IMG/VR virus record: IMGVR_UViG_3300030019_000008
Direction: 5' to 3' (one strand)
Length of the DNA stretch: 64,000 nucleotides
Origin: a virus
In this document: positions 49,870-60,627 of the stretch, in pieces
Position numbering within the stretch: position 1 is the first letter of the stretch
Layout of the letters: every line of letters starts with the position of its first letter
The notes under the pieces: model-generated
Told to the model about the DNA's origin: nothing
Databases searched by the model: none
What the model saw: the letters and a program-made list of their open reading frames with translations, nothing else
Made by a program: the position numbers and the translations under genes

Positions 49870-50427
49870 TCAGTTCGTGCTCTTACAGGCAGAAGCTGAT
49901 GCTCCATCCATGGAGCAATAGACATTCCAGGCTGTCTTTATTCGAACTGCACTGATTTCCTTATCTTTCGGACTGACTACATCCGATGGAGCTTCTTCCT
50001 GAACAGCGACAATGTCGCTCGATTGAGGAGAGACTTTCTTTATTACTGTTTTGGTGTACTTGGCTCTGATCTTCGTTTCGGTAACTTCACCTGCACTCTT
50101 GATGGTGTCGACTTTGGAGTCGATCTTGGCGTGCTCTTGCGCAACGAACTTGCAGGCGCGATCATCGATCTTGGAAGACTGTTTCAAAAGCTCGATGCTT
50201 TGGGCAAGTTGCTTATTGTCACGTTCGAGTTCTTGCTTCTTGGTTGTCAGCTCATCCACTGACTTTTGCAACTCGAGCGTTTTCTCGTAGTAGTGGTGTG
50301 TCACCAAGGACATGCAGATCAAAACCAACGAGATAACAATGGCGACCCTCTCTCCCAATGTGAGATCGGAGAAGAACTTCACAATAGCTCTACCTATCGT
50401 GAACAAAAAAGTGAAAATTGCTGTCAT
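49870..50427 (-). CDS. Rz: i-spanin
   Basis: N-terminal TM, long coiled coil, C-terminal WNVYC...C, directly upstream of the lipoprotein gene. Confidence 0.75.
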   Translation of the reverse strand: MTAIFTFLFTIGRAIVKFFSDLTLGERVAIVISLVLICMSLVTHHYYEKTLELQKSVDELTTKKQELERDNKQLAQSIELLKQSSKIDDRACKFVAQEHAKIDSKVDTIKSAGEVTETKIRAKYTKTVIKKVSPQSSDIVAVQEEAPSDVVSPKDKEISAVRIKTAWNVYCSMDGASASACKSTN

Positions 50428-50429
50428 GA

Positions 50430-51002
50430 TCAAATCCTCGACAACCGCATTCTGCACAGGTGAGTGTACGCTACAGCGATTGCATCAATGGAGTGTTCAT
50501 CATAGTGGTCAATACCGCGTTTGAGGTTGAGCTCAGAGATCTTTGCGACTGAATCCTTAACGGGATTCTTCTTCGCTGCTCCATGAGCACCTACTGCGTT
50601 CTTGATCGATGATGGGTCTATGGTGTGGAGTTCCAACCACGGATCAAACTCATGCAATGTATCTTGAACCATCACACGAACTTCAGTCAGTGGTAAAAAA
50701 GCGCCTGGATGAAGACTGTGGAAAAAGCCGGATTCCATCACAACACAGTTGGGTTGCAACTGAGTTAATGCGCGCATGAACATCCGGCTAATGCCAACCA
50801 TTCGTGGGTATCGATCCCCGTACATCTCGCCTTTCCACTGATCCAAGGGACACTTATCCCCTCTCAATGTAATAGCATCTGTCTGGATTATCTCCAGAGA
50901 TCTGATATCCACGCTAACACATGAAATACCAAAGTGAGCTGTACCTGGGTCAATACCCAATATCCGAGCAATGGAACCCCCGTCATTTGAGATACGTATC
51001 AC
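50430..51002 (-). CDS. ruvC: RuvC-like Holliday junction resolvase
   Basis: ILGIDPG, VMES, IKNAVG..GAAKK and DAIAVA. Confidence 0.88.
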   Translation of the reverse strand: MIRISNDGGSIARILGIDPGTAHFGISCVSVDIRSLEIIQTDAITLRGDKCPLDQWKGEMYGDRYPRMVGISRMFMRALTQLQPNCVVMESGFFHSLHPGAFLPLTEVRVMVQDTLHEFDPWLELHTIDPSSIKNAVGAHGAAKKNPVKDSVAKISELNLKRGIDHYDEHSIDAIAVAYTHLCRMRLSRI

Positions 51003-51019
51003 GGGGGATTACTCCACGT

Positions 51020-51886
51020 TCAGTTCACACCCAGAGGTTCAGTGGAACCGACATCAACCGTCACCTCGAAACCTTCAGACAGGCCTTGCAGGTCGGCCGA
51101 GACACTGGTGAAGGTGTGTACCTGCGCCGCAATGGCTTCAGTGTAGTTGAAGGTAGCACCAGCAGGCAAAGAACCCTGAGTGACCTTGTCGACACCTGTC
51201 ACGATTGCCATTTCGGAAATGAATGCATAGGCTTCATTTCCGTAGATGACCTTGGCAGCATTGAGGATCTCGGAGACGCTAGCTTCATCGAGTATGAGAT
51301 CCAGAATGGTGGATGTATTCAGATAGTCGCCACTGGTGGAGGTCACCCCGGTGGGGGACAGGTTCGAAGCCGTCGGATGCAGGTTGTCGGTTGTCGGGAT
51401 GAACGACGTAACCGTGGTATCACCATTGAGCACGGTATTGTACTGCATGTTGGTCTTCAGAGCCGTGACATCGAACCTGCGCAGGTAGTACGCATAGTAG
51501 CTCACGCCACCATAGACCACTGACTTGCGTATCGCGTAGTTCGCACGCTCAGTTGCCGTGAGGTCGTTGTCGGTGGTGCGAAGCACGAAAGGCAGTGGCT
51601 TGTAGAGCATCGCATCACTTGCCCTGTGCTTGAGGTAATCCACCAGCACTTCACCATCAGCACCAGTCTTGAGCGTATGGCCGCCACGACCAATCGCAAT
51701 GTACCTGGCTGAAGGATAAGCGCCCGCATCAGGAGCCACACCAGAGAGCACATCAAAGTACTCATTCATGGTGGTATTGGCAGCCATGTTGAACTCGGTC
51801 TTCATGAGCAGAGTGTTCTGCACATAGGAGCCGTAAATGGTTCGGACAGTCTTATCCGAAGAAGATTGAGCAGTAGACATCTTCAA
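51020..51886 (-). CDS. Virion structural protein (phiKZ gp127-like)
   Basis: 288 aa, synteny with the portal gene. Confidence 0.65.
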   Translation of the reverse strand: MKMSTAQSSSDKTVRTIYGSYVQNTLLMKTEFNMAANTTMNEYFDVLSGVAPDAGAYPSARYIAIGRGGHTLKTGADGEVLVDYLKHRASDAMLYKPLPFVLRTTDNDLTATERANYAIRKSVVYGGVSYYAYYLRRFDVTALKTNMQYNTVLNGDTTVTSFIPTTDNLHPTASNLSPTGVTSTSGDYLNTSTILDLILDEASVSEILNAAKVIYGNEAYAFISEMAIVTGVDKVTQGSLPAGATFNYTEAIAAQVHTFTSVSADLQGLSEGFEVTVDVGSTEPLGVN

Positions 51887-51889
51887 TCC

Positions 51890-53986
51890 TTATTTCTTGG
51901 TGATAGTTGTTGACAAAGGTCTGATGCTGGCACCAAAAACCTTGCTATGGATCTTGTACGAATTGGCCGGTATGCGTACTTTGACATCGAGTCCGACATT
52001 GATGTTGATGTGAATCTTGATACGCATTGCTTTGCGATCCAGGTTCACATCGGAATTGACGTGACGGGAGTCCTTACCTTTCCCAAGGCAAGACAAAACA
52101 TCCACGCCATCCACATCTACTCTCTCGAAATCCCCGCCTTTGAAGCCACCAGCGCACATTCTAACCATAGGAATTCCGAGGTCTATCAAAGATCCACTGG
52201 AAGGATCAGTGACGTACTGGATAGAATAGCTGCTGAGCTTCTTGATGAGTGTCATCATGGCGTTGTAGACGTTGCCAATGCTGTTCACATCTGCCAGGTC
52301 GATACCTGTAGCACCTACCAAAAGGTTCTGTGCCATGAGCGAGTAATCGCTCTTACTGAAGTTGGTCAGGTCAATCTTCATATCCGAGAGCCAGTCGGAA
52401 TACTTGGTGCCTGTAGACAGAGAGCAGAGCATGTCGCAATAGATACGCGAACACATATCCTGAGCCTGACCACGGGCCTGATAGTCCTGATAGTACGAAG
52501 GAATCCGCCTTTGGTACTTCGCTGCAACCTTGATAGCGCGGCATAGAGCAATGAAGTCATACACAGACTTAACTGGTGTGATCTTGGGTGACAAAGACAG
52601 AGCGTATTCGGCTGTGTCTGTTCCGACCTTACCAGTACTCACACCCACCATCATCTCGCTCACCGAGGGCAAGGGAATACGCTGCACAAAGGTAGCAGGA
52701 AAGTCCGGGATTTCCTTGAGGGTCAGTCCCAGGCTCTTTGCATAAACGTACATATAAAGAATGTACGCCTCCTTCATCGTCAGCGCCATCTCATCACTGG
52801 TCTTGTTATTCTCAATGTGAACATACACATTGTAATAACCAAGGTACGCCATATAGATCCAGTGATTGACTGAAATGCTCTCAATGCTGTACTGACCCGC
52901 ATCCTCGTAATTGATAAGAGAAGATTCCAGCACCTTCGTCTCAACCACGTTTGACAGGGAGTGCTCGAATACAGCTCTCATCTTCTCAGTGTTGTCGCCG
53001 ATGTATGAGGTATTGTTACGAGCCAGAGCTATTTCCTTGGACAGCAGGGTGTCCAGACTAATGTGGTCTCCCACGTCAGCATCATAGATGCTATTGGCTG
53101 CTTCCTTCTTGAAATAGATTGTGGGTGCCAGTGCTGTTGTCAGGCTCTTGTCACTGTGACGCATCCTGTATGAAGCCAGAGGAAACTGACGCTCTGTCAG
53201 GATGTGATCCACCAACCACTTGAAGACCTCTTGTCTACCCAGATTTCTCTGAATATAAGCAATGTTCCTGTAGAAGAACAATGCCTGCTTTTTTGTGAGG
53301 TAACGAATCACCGTGGAAGGCACACCATGGCTCAGCAAGTGCTGCCTGATGTGAAAACTGTGTGCTTCATTGGTATTGGACATCTCATCACGAAACGTCA
53401 CGATGGCCATGGATAGACACATATACATGATGCCCAAATGAGCAGGAGTATATAGTTCATCCGTAATTGAGAACTGAGAATTGACCCAGCGAGTCTTATA
53501 GTTTGCCACCCAAGTATTGAGCTTGGATATCAGCGAATACTCGTTAGATTCAATCAAATCATCTGGATAGGCCAGAATAAGACCATCGGTAGCTGCGATG
53601 GCCGTATCGATGTCTACCGGGTTGAGAATTCCGAGAATCAAAGGCTCTTGAGCCGGGTATTGCGTCAGCAGAGCCTTGTAGCGTTTGGTTCCGTATGCAT
53701 AGGCCACCTTTGTTGCCTTATGCACAGCCAAGTTAGCCACAGTAAAATTTATCGTCTCCCCGGTATCCCATGAGACAACAGTCATCATCGTGTCAGTCGA
53801 GTGATACTGTCCTGCGAGATTCATGTAGTACTTCCATGTGGTCTCGTCAGTTTTGTCGACTGCACGTTCGCCGTTTTCAGCAATGAGATAAGCGTTAATT
53901 GCTTCACATGCATCAACTGACTTGATGACTATCGTTTTTGCAAGAGTGATCGCACTCTGCACATAGAGCTGATAGTCGTTATTCAC
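51890..53986 (-). CDS. Virion structural protein (phiKZ gp128-like)
   Basis: About 698 aa, GTG start after GGAG, WKYYMNLAGQYH motif, divergent from the portal gene. Confidence 0.65.
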   Translation of the reverse strand: MNNDYQLYVQSAITLAKTIVIKSVDACEAINAYLIAENGERAVDKTDETTWKYYMNLAGQYHSTDTMMTVVSWDTGETINFTVANLAVHKATKVAYAYGTKRYKALLTQYPAQEPLILGILNPVDIDTAIAATDGLILAYPDDLIESNEYSLISKLNTWVANYKTRWVNSQFSITDELYTPAHLGIMYMCLSMAIVTFRDEMSNTNEAHSFHIRQHLLSHGVPSTVIRYLTKKQALFFYRNIAYIQRNLGRQEVFKWLVDHILTERQFPLASYRMRHSDKSLTTALAPTIYFKKEAANSIYDADVGDHISLDTLLSKEIALARNNTSYIGDNTEKMRAVFEHSLSNVVETKVLESSLINYEDAGQYSIESISVNHWIYMAYLGYYNVYVHIENNKTSDEMALTMKEAYILYMYVYAKSLGLTLKEIPDFPATFVQRIPLPSVSEMMVGVSTGKVGTDTAEYALSLSPKITPVKSVYDFIALCRAIKVAAKYQRRIPSYYQDYQARGQAQDMCSRIYCDMLCSLSTGTKYSDWLSDMKIDLTNFSKSDYSLMAQNLLVGATGIDLADVNSIGNVYNAMMTLIKKLSSYSIQYVTDPSSGSLIDLGIPMVRMCAGGFKGGDFERVDVDGVDVLSCLGKGKDSRHVNSDVNLDRKAMRIKIHININVGLDVKVRIPANSYKIHSKVFGASIRPLSTTITKK

Positions 53987-54017
53987 GTTGATCTCCAATA
54001 CAAGAGGAATACAAAAA

Positions 54018-57000
54018 ATGGCAGGGAAAACTCCGTCCGTCCCATCACTGGTTAACCAGATGGGTCAGGGAAAAAGCGTCCACGCTTTGAGCTTGATAGG
54101 TAATGATCCAGGACTGGCTGCTGTGCTCTCGAAGACAGTTACTGGACGTGAGCAGCCAATGTATGACAATGCCGGCAATCGTAAGATTCCGATGCCGGAT
54201 GTCAACATCTTCAAAGATATTTCCAAGAAGCAGGTTGACAACATCCGTGATTCTGAAACGGTCTTGCAACTGCTCCCCGACATTGCTCTATCGAAGCAGA
54301 TTTTGATTGCATCTGTACAGTCACCGCGAGACATGAGCAGTGGTGAGATCACCATCTCTGGGCCTGAAGGCATTCTGCCGACTTCCGCTTCCGCTGCCGT
54401 CATCGATGTAATCAAAACATTCTTCGATCAGGACTACAAGATTAAACCGAAGCTCGCAGAAATCCTCGGCAATGTCTTGTTCGATCGTGGGTCACATCCT
54501 ATTGCGGTGATTCCTGAAAATTCACTCGATGAAGTGATCAACTCAGCTGGACGAGTGAGTACTGAGTCACTTTCCGGATTCGTGACTGAGAATGGCAACT
54601 TTGCACCTCTGGGCATTCTTGGACCGAACAAAAAGCAGCAAAAGAAAATCAATGCTGCTCTGCGCAAGAACAACGTTGGCATCGCATTTGAAACAATGCA
54701 GATGTACAATAGCCAGATCAACACTGGTGCCATCGATGCTGGAACGAACATCAGCATGGAAGGCTTCCAGAAGAATCTGGAAGCAATTGATAAGCAAGTT
54801 GTTGAATCACTCAAGCACCGGCTTTCCAAGACCGAAGCGGGTCGCTCAGCACTTGAAGCCATTCGTGCAGATAGGGCGAAAGTCGATGAGGCGGAATTGT
54901 CGACGTATCTCTCCGTCACCGACAACTTCAATGTGATGAAGGTGCCACTGATCAATGAGCGTATTCGGCAGCAGTTTGTGGCAGATCGCATCGATGGCAT
55001 TTCCACTGAAGCATTCCGTTTGACCGATGCTGAGCTGAACAAGCTCAAGGCTGCATCGGGTGATGATGTCAGACAGGATGCTAAGGAAGCAGCCAAGCAA
55101 GCAGGGAGCGATAAGCTCACCGATCAGAAGCTCACGAACAAAGTCTATCGTGATACGGCAACATCGCACAAGCCTATTGCATTCCTGAAGACTCAAGAGC
55201 AACTGGGTCGTAAGTCGATTGGCTGCCCGCTTATTCTGGATCTGCCATCTGAATCGGTGATTCCTGTTCACATCCCTGGTGCCCCTAGCCAGCACATCGG
55301 CTATTATGTCCTGCTCGATGGAAACGGCTATCCTCTCAACATTGAGTTGCAGGATGACTATATCAGGGACATGAGTTCTCGCCTGACGGGTAATACGGAT
55401 AACTTCCCATCCGCAATGCTCAACAAGGTTGATAGCATGGTCACGGGTGAGACCATGAACTTCAGGGATCGGATGCGTGTTGACTACAGCATTCGTGCTT
55501 ATGGAGACATGGTTGAAAAGGACCTGCTCGAGCGACTGCGCAATGGTGTGTTCAACAATGGCGTAGCGCTGGGTCGTAACGATGAACTCTATCGAATCAT
55601 GCTGGCACGCACTCTGGCCAAGCAATCGACTCAGCTCTTGTTCATCCCGATTGAGCTTATGACGTACTTTGCGCTGAACTATAACCGCAATGGCACCGGT
55701 AGGTCTTTGCTCGATGATATGCGGATCTTGCTCTCGTTCCGCGTGATGGTGATGTTTGCCAACGTTATGGCATCGATTAAGAACTCCATTGGTCGCACTG
55801 ATGTGAAGATCAAGCTCGAGGAAACTGACCCTGATCCCTACAAGACGATCGAAGTCACGATCCATGAGCTCATCAAGTCTCGCCAGCAGTACTTCCCTCT
55901 GGGCATCAATGCTCCGACTGAAGTGGCTGACTGGGTTCAGCGTGCGGGTATGGAATTCACATTCGAAGGCCACCCTGAGATTCCTGACGTCAACATCGAC
56001 ATTGGTGAGAAGGCTACGAACTATACGAAGCCCGACACCGATCTCGAAGAGATGCTGCGTAAGCGCTCGATCATGGGAGCCTATCTGACTCCTGAAATGG
56101 TTGATCTAGGATTGGGAGGTCCGGAGTTTGCGACATCCATCGTGAACAGTAACATCATGTTCGCCAAGCGCGTCAAGAAGATCCAGGATGAGATCATGCC
56201 GCAGATGGCTGAGCACATGAAGAAGATCGTGCTCAATAACCAAACGCTGATGCACAAAATTCATGAGATCATCATGAACAACGTCGGCACCATCCGCATT
56301 GATGAGAAGGACATCAATGTGACCGTCAGTAGTGATCCTGCTGAGAAGTCCGATGAGCAGCTCAACCTGGAACGCAAGTTGGTTTATAGGGTGGCATACG
56401 ACTTCATCAATGGCTTGGATGCCACGCTGCCTTCGCCCGACAACGTCACTATCGAGAACCAGGCAACTGCTATCGATACCTTTGTCAAGGTACTGGACCC
56501 GATGCTCGATAACATCATCAGCAGCGAGTTCATGACTGAAGAGTTTGTAGGTAATGCTTCCAGTTTGGTTGATCCTTACAAGAAGATGCTTCGCGCTTAC
56601 TTCATGAGGAAGTTCTTCAACCAGAATGGAATGCTGCCTGAGCTCTCCAGCATTACGGCAACAGACTCCAAGGGCGCGCTCATCAATGATGTCTATTCCG
56701 AACAACAGACCCACGTGCAGGATATCGTCAAACACTTTGTGGCTGCCGCTAAGGATGCCAAGAAGTTCAAGGATGATGTCAATAAGGTGATGGCTGCTGA
56801 TCTGGAAGTCACTGAACCTGCTGAAAATACATCGTCTGAACCCAGCAGTGATGAGACTGGTGGTGAGGGCGGTGGCGATGAGTTTGGCTTTGGTGGTGAG
56901 GGTGGAGATGATTTCAGAGGTGGTAGTGGTGAGCCTGAAGAACCCGAAGGCGAACCGAATGAAGAACCTGCTCCCGATGAGACCGCTCCTGACGACTCCG

Positions 57001-57077
57001 AACCTGAATCTGAAAAGAAACCTGAGGACAATGAAAAGCCCGAAGGTGGAGATGAAGACAAAAGTGGATTGGTTTAA
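54018..57077 (+). CDS. Portal protein (phiKZ gp129-like)
   Basis: About 1019 aa, GAGGA SD, GTGRSLL portal-like motif, PSESVIPVH, acidic C-tail. Synteny. Confidence 0.75.
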   Translation: MAGKTPSVPSLVNQMGQGKSVHALSLIGNDPGLAAVLSKTVTGREQPMYDNAGNRKIPMPDVNIFKDISKKQVDNIRDSETVLQLLPDIALSKQILIASVQSPRDMSSGEITISGPEGILPTSASAAVIDVIKTFFDQDYKIKPKLAEILGNVLFDRGSHPIAVIPENSLDEVINSAGRVSTESLSGFVTENGNFAPLGILGPNKKQQKKINAALRKNNVGIAFETMQMYNSQINTGAIDAGTNISMEGFQKNLEAIDKQVVESLKHRLSKTEAGRSALEAIRADRAKVDEAELSTYLSVTDNFNVMKVPLINERIRQQFVADRIDGISTEAFRLTDAELNKLKAASGDDVRQDAKEAAKQAGSDKLTDQKLTNKVYRDTATSHKPIAFLKTQEQLGRKSIGCPLILDLPSESVIPVHIPGAPSQHIGYYVLLDGNGYPLNIELQDDYIRDMSSRLTGNTDNFPSAMLNKVDSMVTGETMNFRDRMRVDYSIRAYGDMVEKDLLERLRNGVFNNGVALGRNDELYRIMLARTLAKQSTQLLFIPIELMTYFALNYNRNGTGRSLLDDMRILLSFRVMVMFANVMASIKNSIGRTDVKIKLEETDPDPYKTIEVTIHELIKSRQQYFPLGINAPTEVADWVQRAGMEFTFEGHPEIPDVNIDIGEKATNYTKPDTDLEEMLRKRSIMGAYLTPEMVDLGLGGPEFATSIVNSNIMFAKRVKKIQDEIMPQMAEHMKKIVLNNQTLMHKIHEIIMNNVGTIRIDEKDINVTVSSDPAEKSDEQLNLERKLVYRVAYDFINGLDATLPSPDNVTIENQATAIDTFVKVLDPMLDNIISSEFMTEEFVGNASSLVDPYKKMLRAYFMRKFFNQNGMLPELSSITATDSKGALINDVYSEQQTHVQDIVKHFVAAAKDAKKFKDDVNKVMAADLEVTEPAENTSSEPSSDETGGEGGGDEFGFGGEGGDDFRGGSGEPEEPEGEPNEEPAPDETAPDDSEPESEKKPEDNEKPEGGDEDKSGLV

Positions 57078-57146
57078 GCAAAAAAAGAAGTAAGTGAAAG
57101 AAATGCACTGCTACTACCCGTGAGGGTAGTAGCAGTGCATATGCCG
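57078..57146. terminator. Bidirectional 17-bp hairpin with a different tail on each strand
   Basis: ATGCACTGCTACTACCC-GTGA-GGGTAGTAGCAGTGCAT (57103-57140). The + tail is (T)ATGCCG and the - tail is CTTACTTCTTTTTTTGC. Confidence 0.8.
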
Positions 57147-57154
57147 GAAAGGCG

Positions 57155-59011
57155 TCAGATGTCGACGATGAGGACTTGCTCATGCGGGTTGAGCCAGCTC
57201 TTGGAGAGCTCGAAGCGATAGCCGTCAGCCGTCTCAAGCACATACCGCACGTTCTCGCGGTAGTTCTTCATGATGGTGATGGCCAGATTGAACAACAGCG
57301 GAGTCTTCTCGCGAATGACCAGAGTCGGAGTACCGGCCTGAAACGCGAAGCCGAGCTCGTTGGAGTTGAGACTGATGACCGCCGTGCGGACTTCAGTACA
57401 CAGGGCGTTGAGTTCCGGAACATTGTCCGATTCATAGCCCAGTGCATCGAGAAAGACCGAACGATTGTCCGTACCGAACACCGTCACTGCTTGAGCGACC
57501 TTGCGGTTGAAGTACTTGAGGAAGGCATTGCCGATCGACAGGCCGTAGCTCGCGCAGATGTGTGCTTCGACCTCTTCGAAATCACTCTCGAAGTACTCGA
57601 TGCGCATCTTGGGCAGGCCCACGTTCACCCGAAGCGCCAGATTGGTGATATCAGTGAGGCGCTTGTTGATGATGGTGCGGGAGAGCATCGGCAGTCCCAC
57701 TTCCTTGCTCATGAGCTTCTTGTAGTAGAAACCCAGACGCTCGAGAGTGGTGGACTCAGCCATGGCGTTGAGCAACTCGACCTGATCGATGCTGGTGAAC
57801 TTGACCAGCTCAAGCAGCAGGCTCGACCGAACATAAACGTCGAGCGTCGGCACCAGCAGACGCTTCTGTTCATATTCAGCGCGCCGATAACCCCAGACCG
57901 AATCCAGACCAAACTCCAAAGCCTGGGTAGGCTCATTGAAGTTCTCGAGGAAACGAGGTTTCTCAGGCTCACGAGGACGGCCGCCATTGGATTCTTCGAC
58001 GACGTCGATGATCCGCTCTTGGTTGTCATTGATTGCCTTGCGGATTGCCTGAATGCTGCCAGCAGGCAATTCGCGACTGAGATGGTCTGTGCCGAAGGTT
58101 GCGGCCAGGTTATGCCGAGCTTGTTCCATGTCACCTTCCTTAATGCTTTCGAACTTGAAGTAACGTACTTTCTTGTTATCGTTCCCCAACACCACAACCG
58201 GCACAATCGTTTCAACAAACGGGTCGAATGCCGTGGGGTGGGGATTATCCGGATCTTGGGGCGGGTACTTCATGGCCTCGGAGACCGGCAGGTTGCGCAA
58301 TTCAGCGTTGCAGTCGGATGTCACACTTTCAGCAGCTGAACCAGGAACAACCGTCATGTCCCTGTACACCGGGTCAGTAAACCCGATATCGCTGCCGCGG
58401 CGCATGACTGGAGCTACTTGTTTTTCAGCGACTGGTGCAGAGCCAAACTGCTGCATACCGGCACGCGCTTCGGTAAAGGAGCTACCGCCATTGCCGGCTC
58501 GACTACCACCACCGGAACGACGCGAATTGAAGAAGGGGTCCGATTCACCACTGCGACGGTCATCCCGATAGTCACGTTCACGATCGCGACCACCATAACC
58601 GCCACGCCGATCCTCATAACTGCGAGGAATACGCCCGGCTCGCCACTCAGCCAGATCATCCATCATTCCGGCGTAGGTCTCCTTGAGCTCATAGCACGAA
58701 TCTTCTTCGGCGCGACTCATCCGAACGCGCATTTCGTTGGCCCAGGCACCGATGGTTGCTTCGAGAACGTTGCTGCACACTTGTTCAAGAGCACGAGCAT
58801 CGTTACTCACCTTTCCGGTGTGAACGCACAGCAGGAAGATGTCTGCCGAGTTCTGAACCAGCTTGTCGAAGAGCTGGTTGCGGAAGCCACTAACTGAGGC
58901 TTCCCTGGCAAACTCCTCTCGGGGTACGGATACTCCCCCTCTCACACTGGCATCAAGCAGATCTCCGATGATATCGGAAGTGGTCTGCATAAGTTGCTGA
59001 TCTCTTGCCAT
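57155..59011 (-). CDS. Hypothetical protein (618 aa) with RGG/RD-rich linker, coupled to the nvRNAP gene
   Basis: TAATG overlap with the upstream gene, strongly G/C-ending codons. Confidence 0.75.
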   Translation of the reverse strand: MARDQQLMQTTSDIIGDLLDASVRGGVSVPREEFAREASVSGFRNQLFDKLVQNSADIFLLCVHTGKVSNDARALEQVCSNVLEATIGAWANEMRVRMSRAEEDSCYELKETYAGMMDDLAEWRAGRIPRSYEDRRGGYGGRDRERDYRDDRRSGESDPFFNSRRSGGGSRAGNGGSSFTEARAGMQQFGSAPVAEKQVAPVMRRGSDIGFTDPVYRDMTVVPGSAAESVTSDCNAELRNLPVSEAMKYPPQDPDNPHPTAFDPFVETIVPVVVLGNDNKKVRYFKFESIKEGDMEQARHNLAATFGTDHLSRELPAGSIQAIRKAINDNQERIIDVVEESNGGRPREPEKPRFLENFNEPTQALEFGLDSVWGYRRAEYEQKRLLVPTLDVYVRSSLLLELVKFTSIDQVELLNAMAESTTLERLGFYYKKLMSKEVGLPMLSRTIINKRLTDITNLALRVNVGLPKMRIEYFESDFEEVEAHICASYGLSIGNAFLKYFNRKVAQAVTVFGTDNRSVFLDALGYESDNVPELNALCTEVRTAVISLNSNELGFAFQAGTPTLVIREKTPLLFNLAITIMKNYRENVRYVLETADGYRFELSKSWLNPHEQVLIVDI

Positions 59012-60627
59012 TAAGCACTTTCCTTTCCATTGACACGAATCATAGCCTGCACACTGTCGAGCAATTCAACCAATTCCGGATTCCTCACCACCACTCCTTT
59101 CTCGTTGAGGCGAACCAGGGGATTGATACGCGACCGTCCGCTAGGTTCAGCTTTCGGGATATTGAGATAACCACCCACCTCAGCCACTGAGGCATGCAGC
59201 TTCTGTGATTCACCACCTCCAGCGTGTCCCTTGCCACTGGGGCCAGTTTGCAGTTTTGCCTGCGGGATCAAGATAGAGGTGAATTTGAGGGCCATGTTGT
59301 CACCAGAGTACGACAGGGCTGAGAGCTCCCTGTGGTTCTTAGTGATCTTGTAAATCCTGCCGGGCTTGAGATGCCGCTTGAAGACAGCCTCGACATCACG
59401 AAATGTCGCGCTCTTACGCGGGTCCTGCAAGTCATACAGAGTGTACACGATCGCTTTGGTCACATCGAACATCAGGTGCGGAAGAACCGTCACCCTCTTG
59501 TCATACATCGAGTACGCACGATCCGGATCAGTGAGCATCCAGTCATTATAGCGATCGATGATGACGGCCATCAGCTCAAAAAAGTTCTTGACATGAATTC
59601 CGATGTCGCGAAGTGAGAGCTCAATAGGTTTGTCGAGATAACCATCCAGTGATGCAATGTGCTTTTTCATTTCATCGAGCAGATAGCCCGTGGGACGATT
59701 GCCAGTGACATTGATCTCACCGAGCAGCACCAGCCAGTTGGCTCGTGACGATACGTCTTCCACCCGCATTCTGTCCGGGAAATGGTCTACGACATAGAAG
59801 AAACCCGCGACCAGGTTCCGAGCCATGGCGTTAAAGTCAGACTTGCGAATCGCTATCCGGATCAGCGTGGGTGTGTACAAACGCCCTAAGCAGGTACTCG
59901 GAGCTCTTTTGAGCGATTCGCATATTACCCATTCGGATTCAGGATACACTTCATGAGTGATTTCCCGTTCACCGACAATAGGCGTAATTTTGGCAAACTT
60001 TTCGAAGGCTTCAAACAACCCATACTTGCAGAACAAGTAGTGCGCCAGTGATGCAAGAGCGCGTGTAGTTGCTGAGTCTTTTTTCTGTCTTTCCGATCTG
60101 TTGTAGGCCGAAGCCCAACACACTTGTACTGGCTCGTCGACGCCGTTACAGACAAAAGTGTGGGAGATGCGCTTGAAAGTTACCTTCCCGCGAATCACAC
60201 CAACGAATACGGAATTGAGTCCAAGAGAAATCACCTGGTCCGTCAGAACAGGAGATATCACGTGACGCGATCCTGAGATATGCATCACACCACCAATAGC
60301 GCAGAACGGCAGATACAACGGAACTTTGAGTTCGTGCTCCACACCATTCTTTTCCACGTAACTGAATTGATACTCGTTCAGATAGACGTCGCTTCTGGCG
60401 AAATCGTAGACTCCAGACTTTGTTTTGTGGCGGTATTCCTCCATAGGTGTGCACCTACGGTAGCCTATGTACGACAGACTCTCGGGAAAATCCGCACTTA
60501 TCAATTTGAAGATTTGATCGATATAGCTATCCACTTGCTTGAGTTCATGGAACGCTACACCCTCCGCAATCAGTGGATTGATTTTCGGAGTATCACTGTC
60601 GATCAATGCTATCAAATCGGGGCTCAT
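59011..60627 (-). CDS. rpoB: Non-virion RNA polymerase beta-like subunit (phiKZ gp123-like)
   Basis: 538 aa with LYLPF...G.MHISGS..VISPVL (beta N-terminal motif) and LHAS..E...PSGR..INP. Two genes downstream of the capsid gene, similar to phiKZ. Confidence 0.8.
   Translation of the reverse strand: MSPDLIALIDSDTPKINPLIAEGVAFHELKQVDSYIDQIFKLISADFPESLSYIGYRRCTPMEEYRHKTKSGVYDFARSDVYLNEYQFSYVEKNGVEHELKVPLYLPFCAIGGVMHISGSRHVISPVLTDQVISLGLNSVFVGVIRGKVTFKRISHTFVCNGVDEPVQVCWASAYNRSERQKKDSATTRALASLAHYLFCKYGLFEAFEKFAKITPIVGEREITHEVYPESEWVICESLKRAPSTCLGRLYTPTLIRIAIRKSDFNAMARNLVAGFFYVVDHFPDRMRVEDVSSRANWLVLLGEINVTGNRPTGYLLDEMKKHIASLDGYLDKPIELSLRDIGIHVKNFFELMAVIIDRYNDWMLTDPDRAYSMYDKRVTVLPHLMFDVTKAIVYTLYDLQDPRKSATFRDVEAVFKRHLKPGRIYKITKNHRELSALSYSGDNMALKFTSILIPQAKLQTGPSGKGHAGGGESQKLHASVAEVGGYLNIPKAEPSGRSRINPLVRLNEKGVVVRNPELVELLDSVQAMIRVNGKESA

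Noticed and set aside
51000-51019. Weak GGA-GTAA-TCC stem over the ruvC SD
   Set aside because: Only a 3-bp core plus a mismatched extension, too weak to call
56800-57077. Portal and CYTH acidic tails both ending near EDKS
   Set aside because: Low-complexity acidic sequence, so the similarity is plausibly chance
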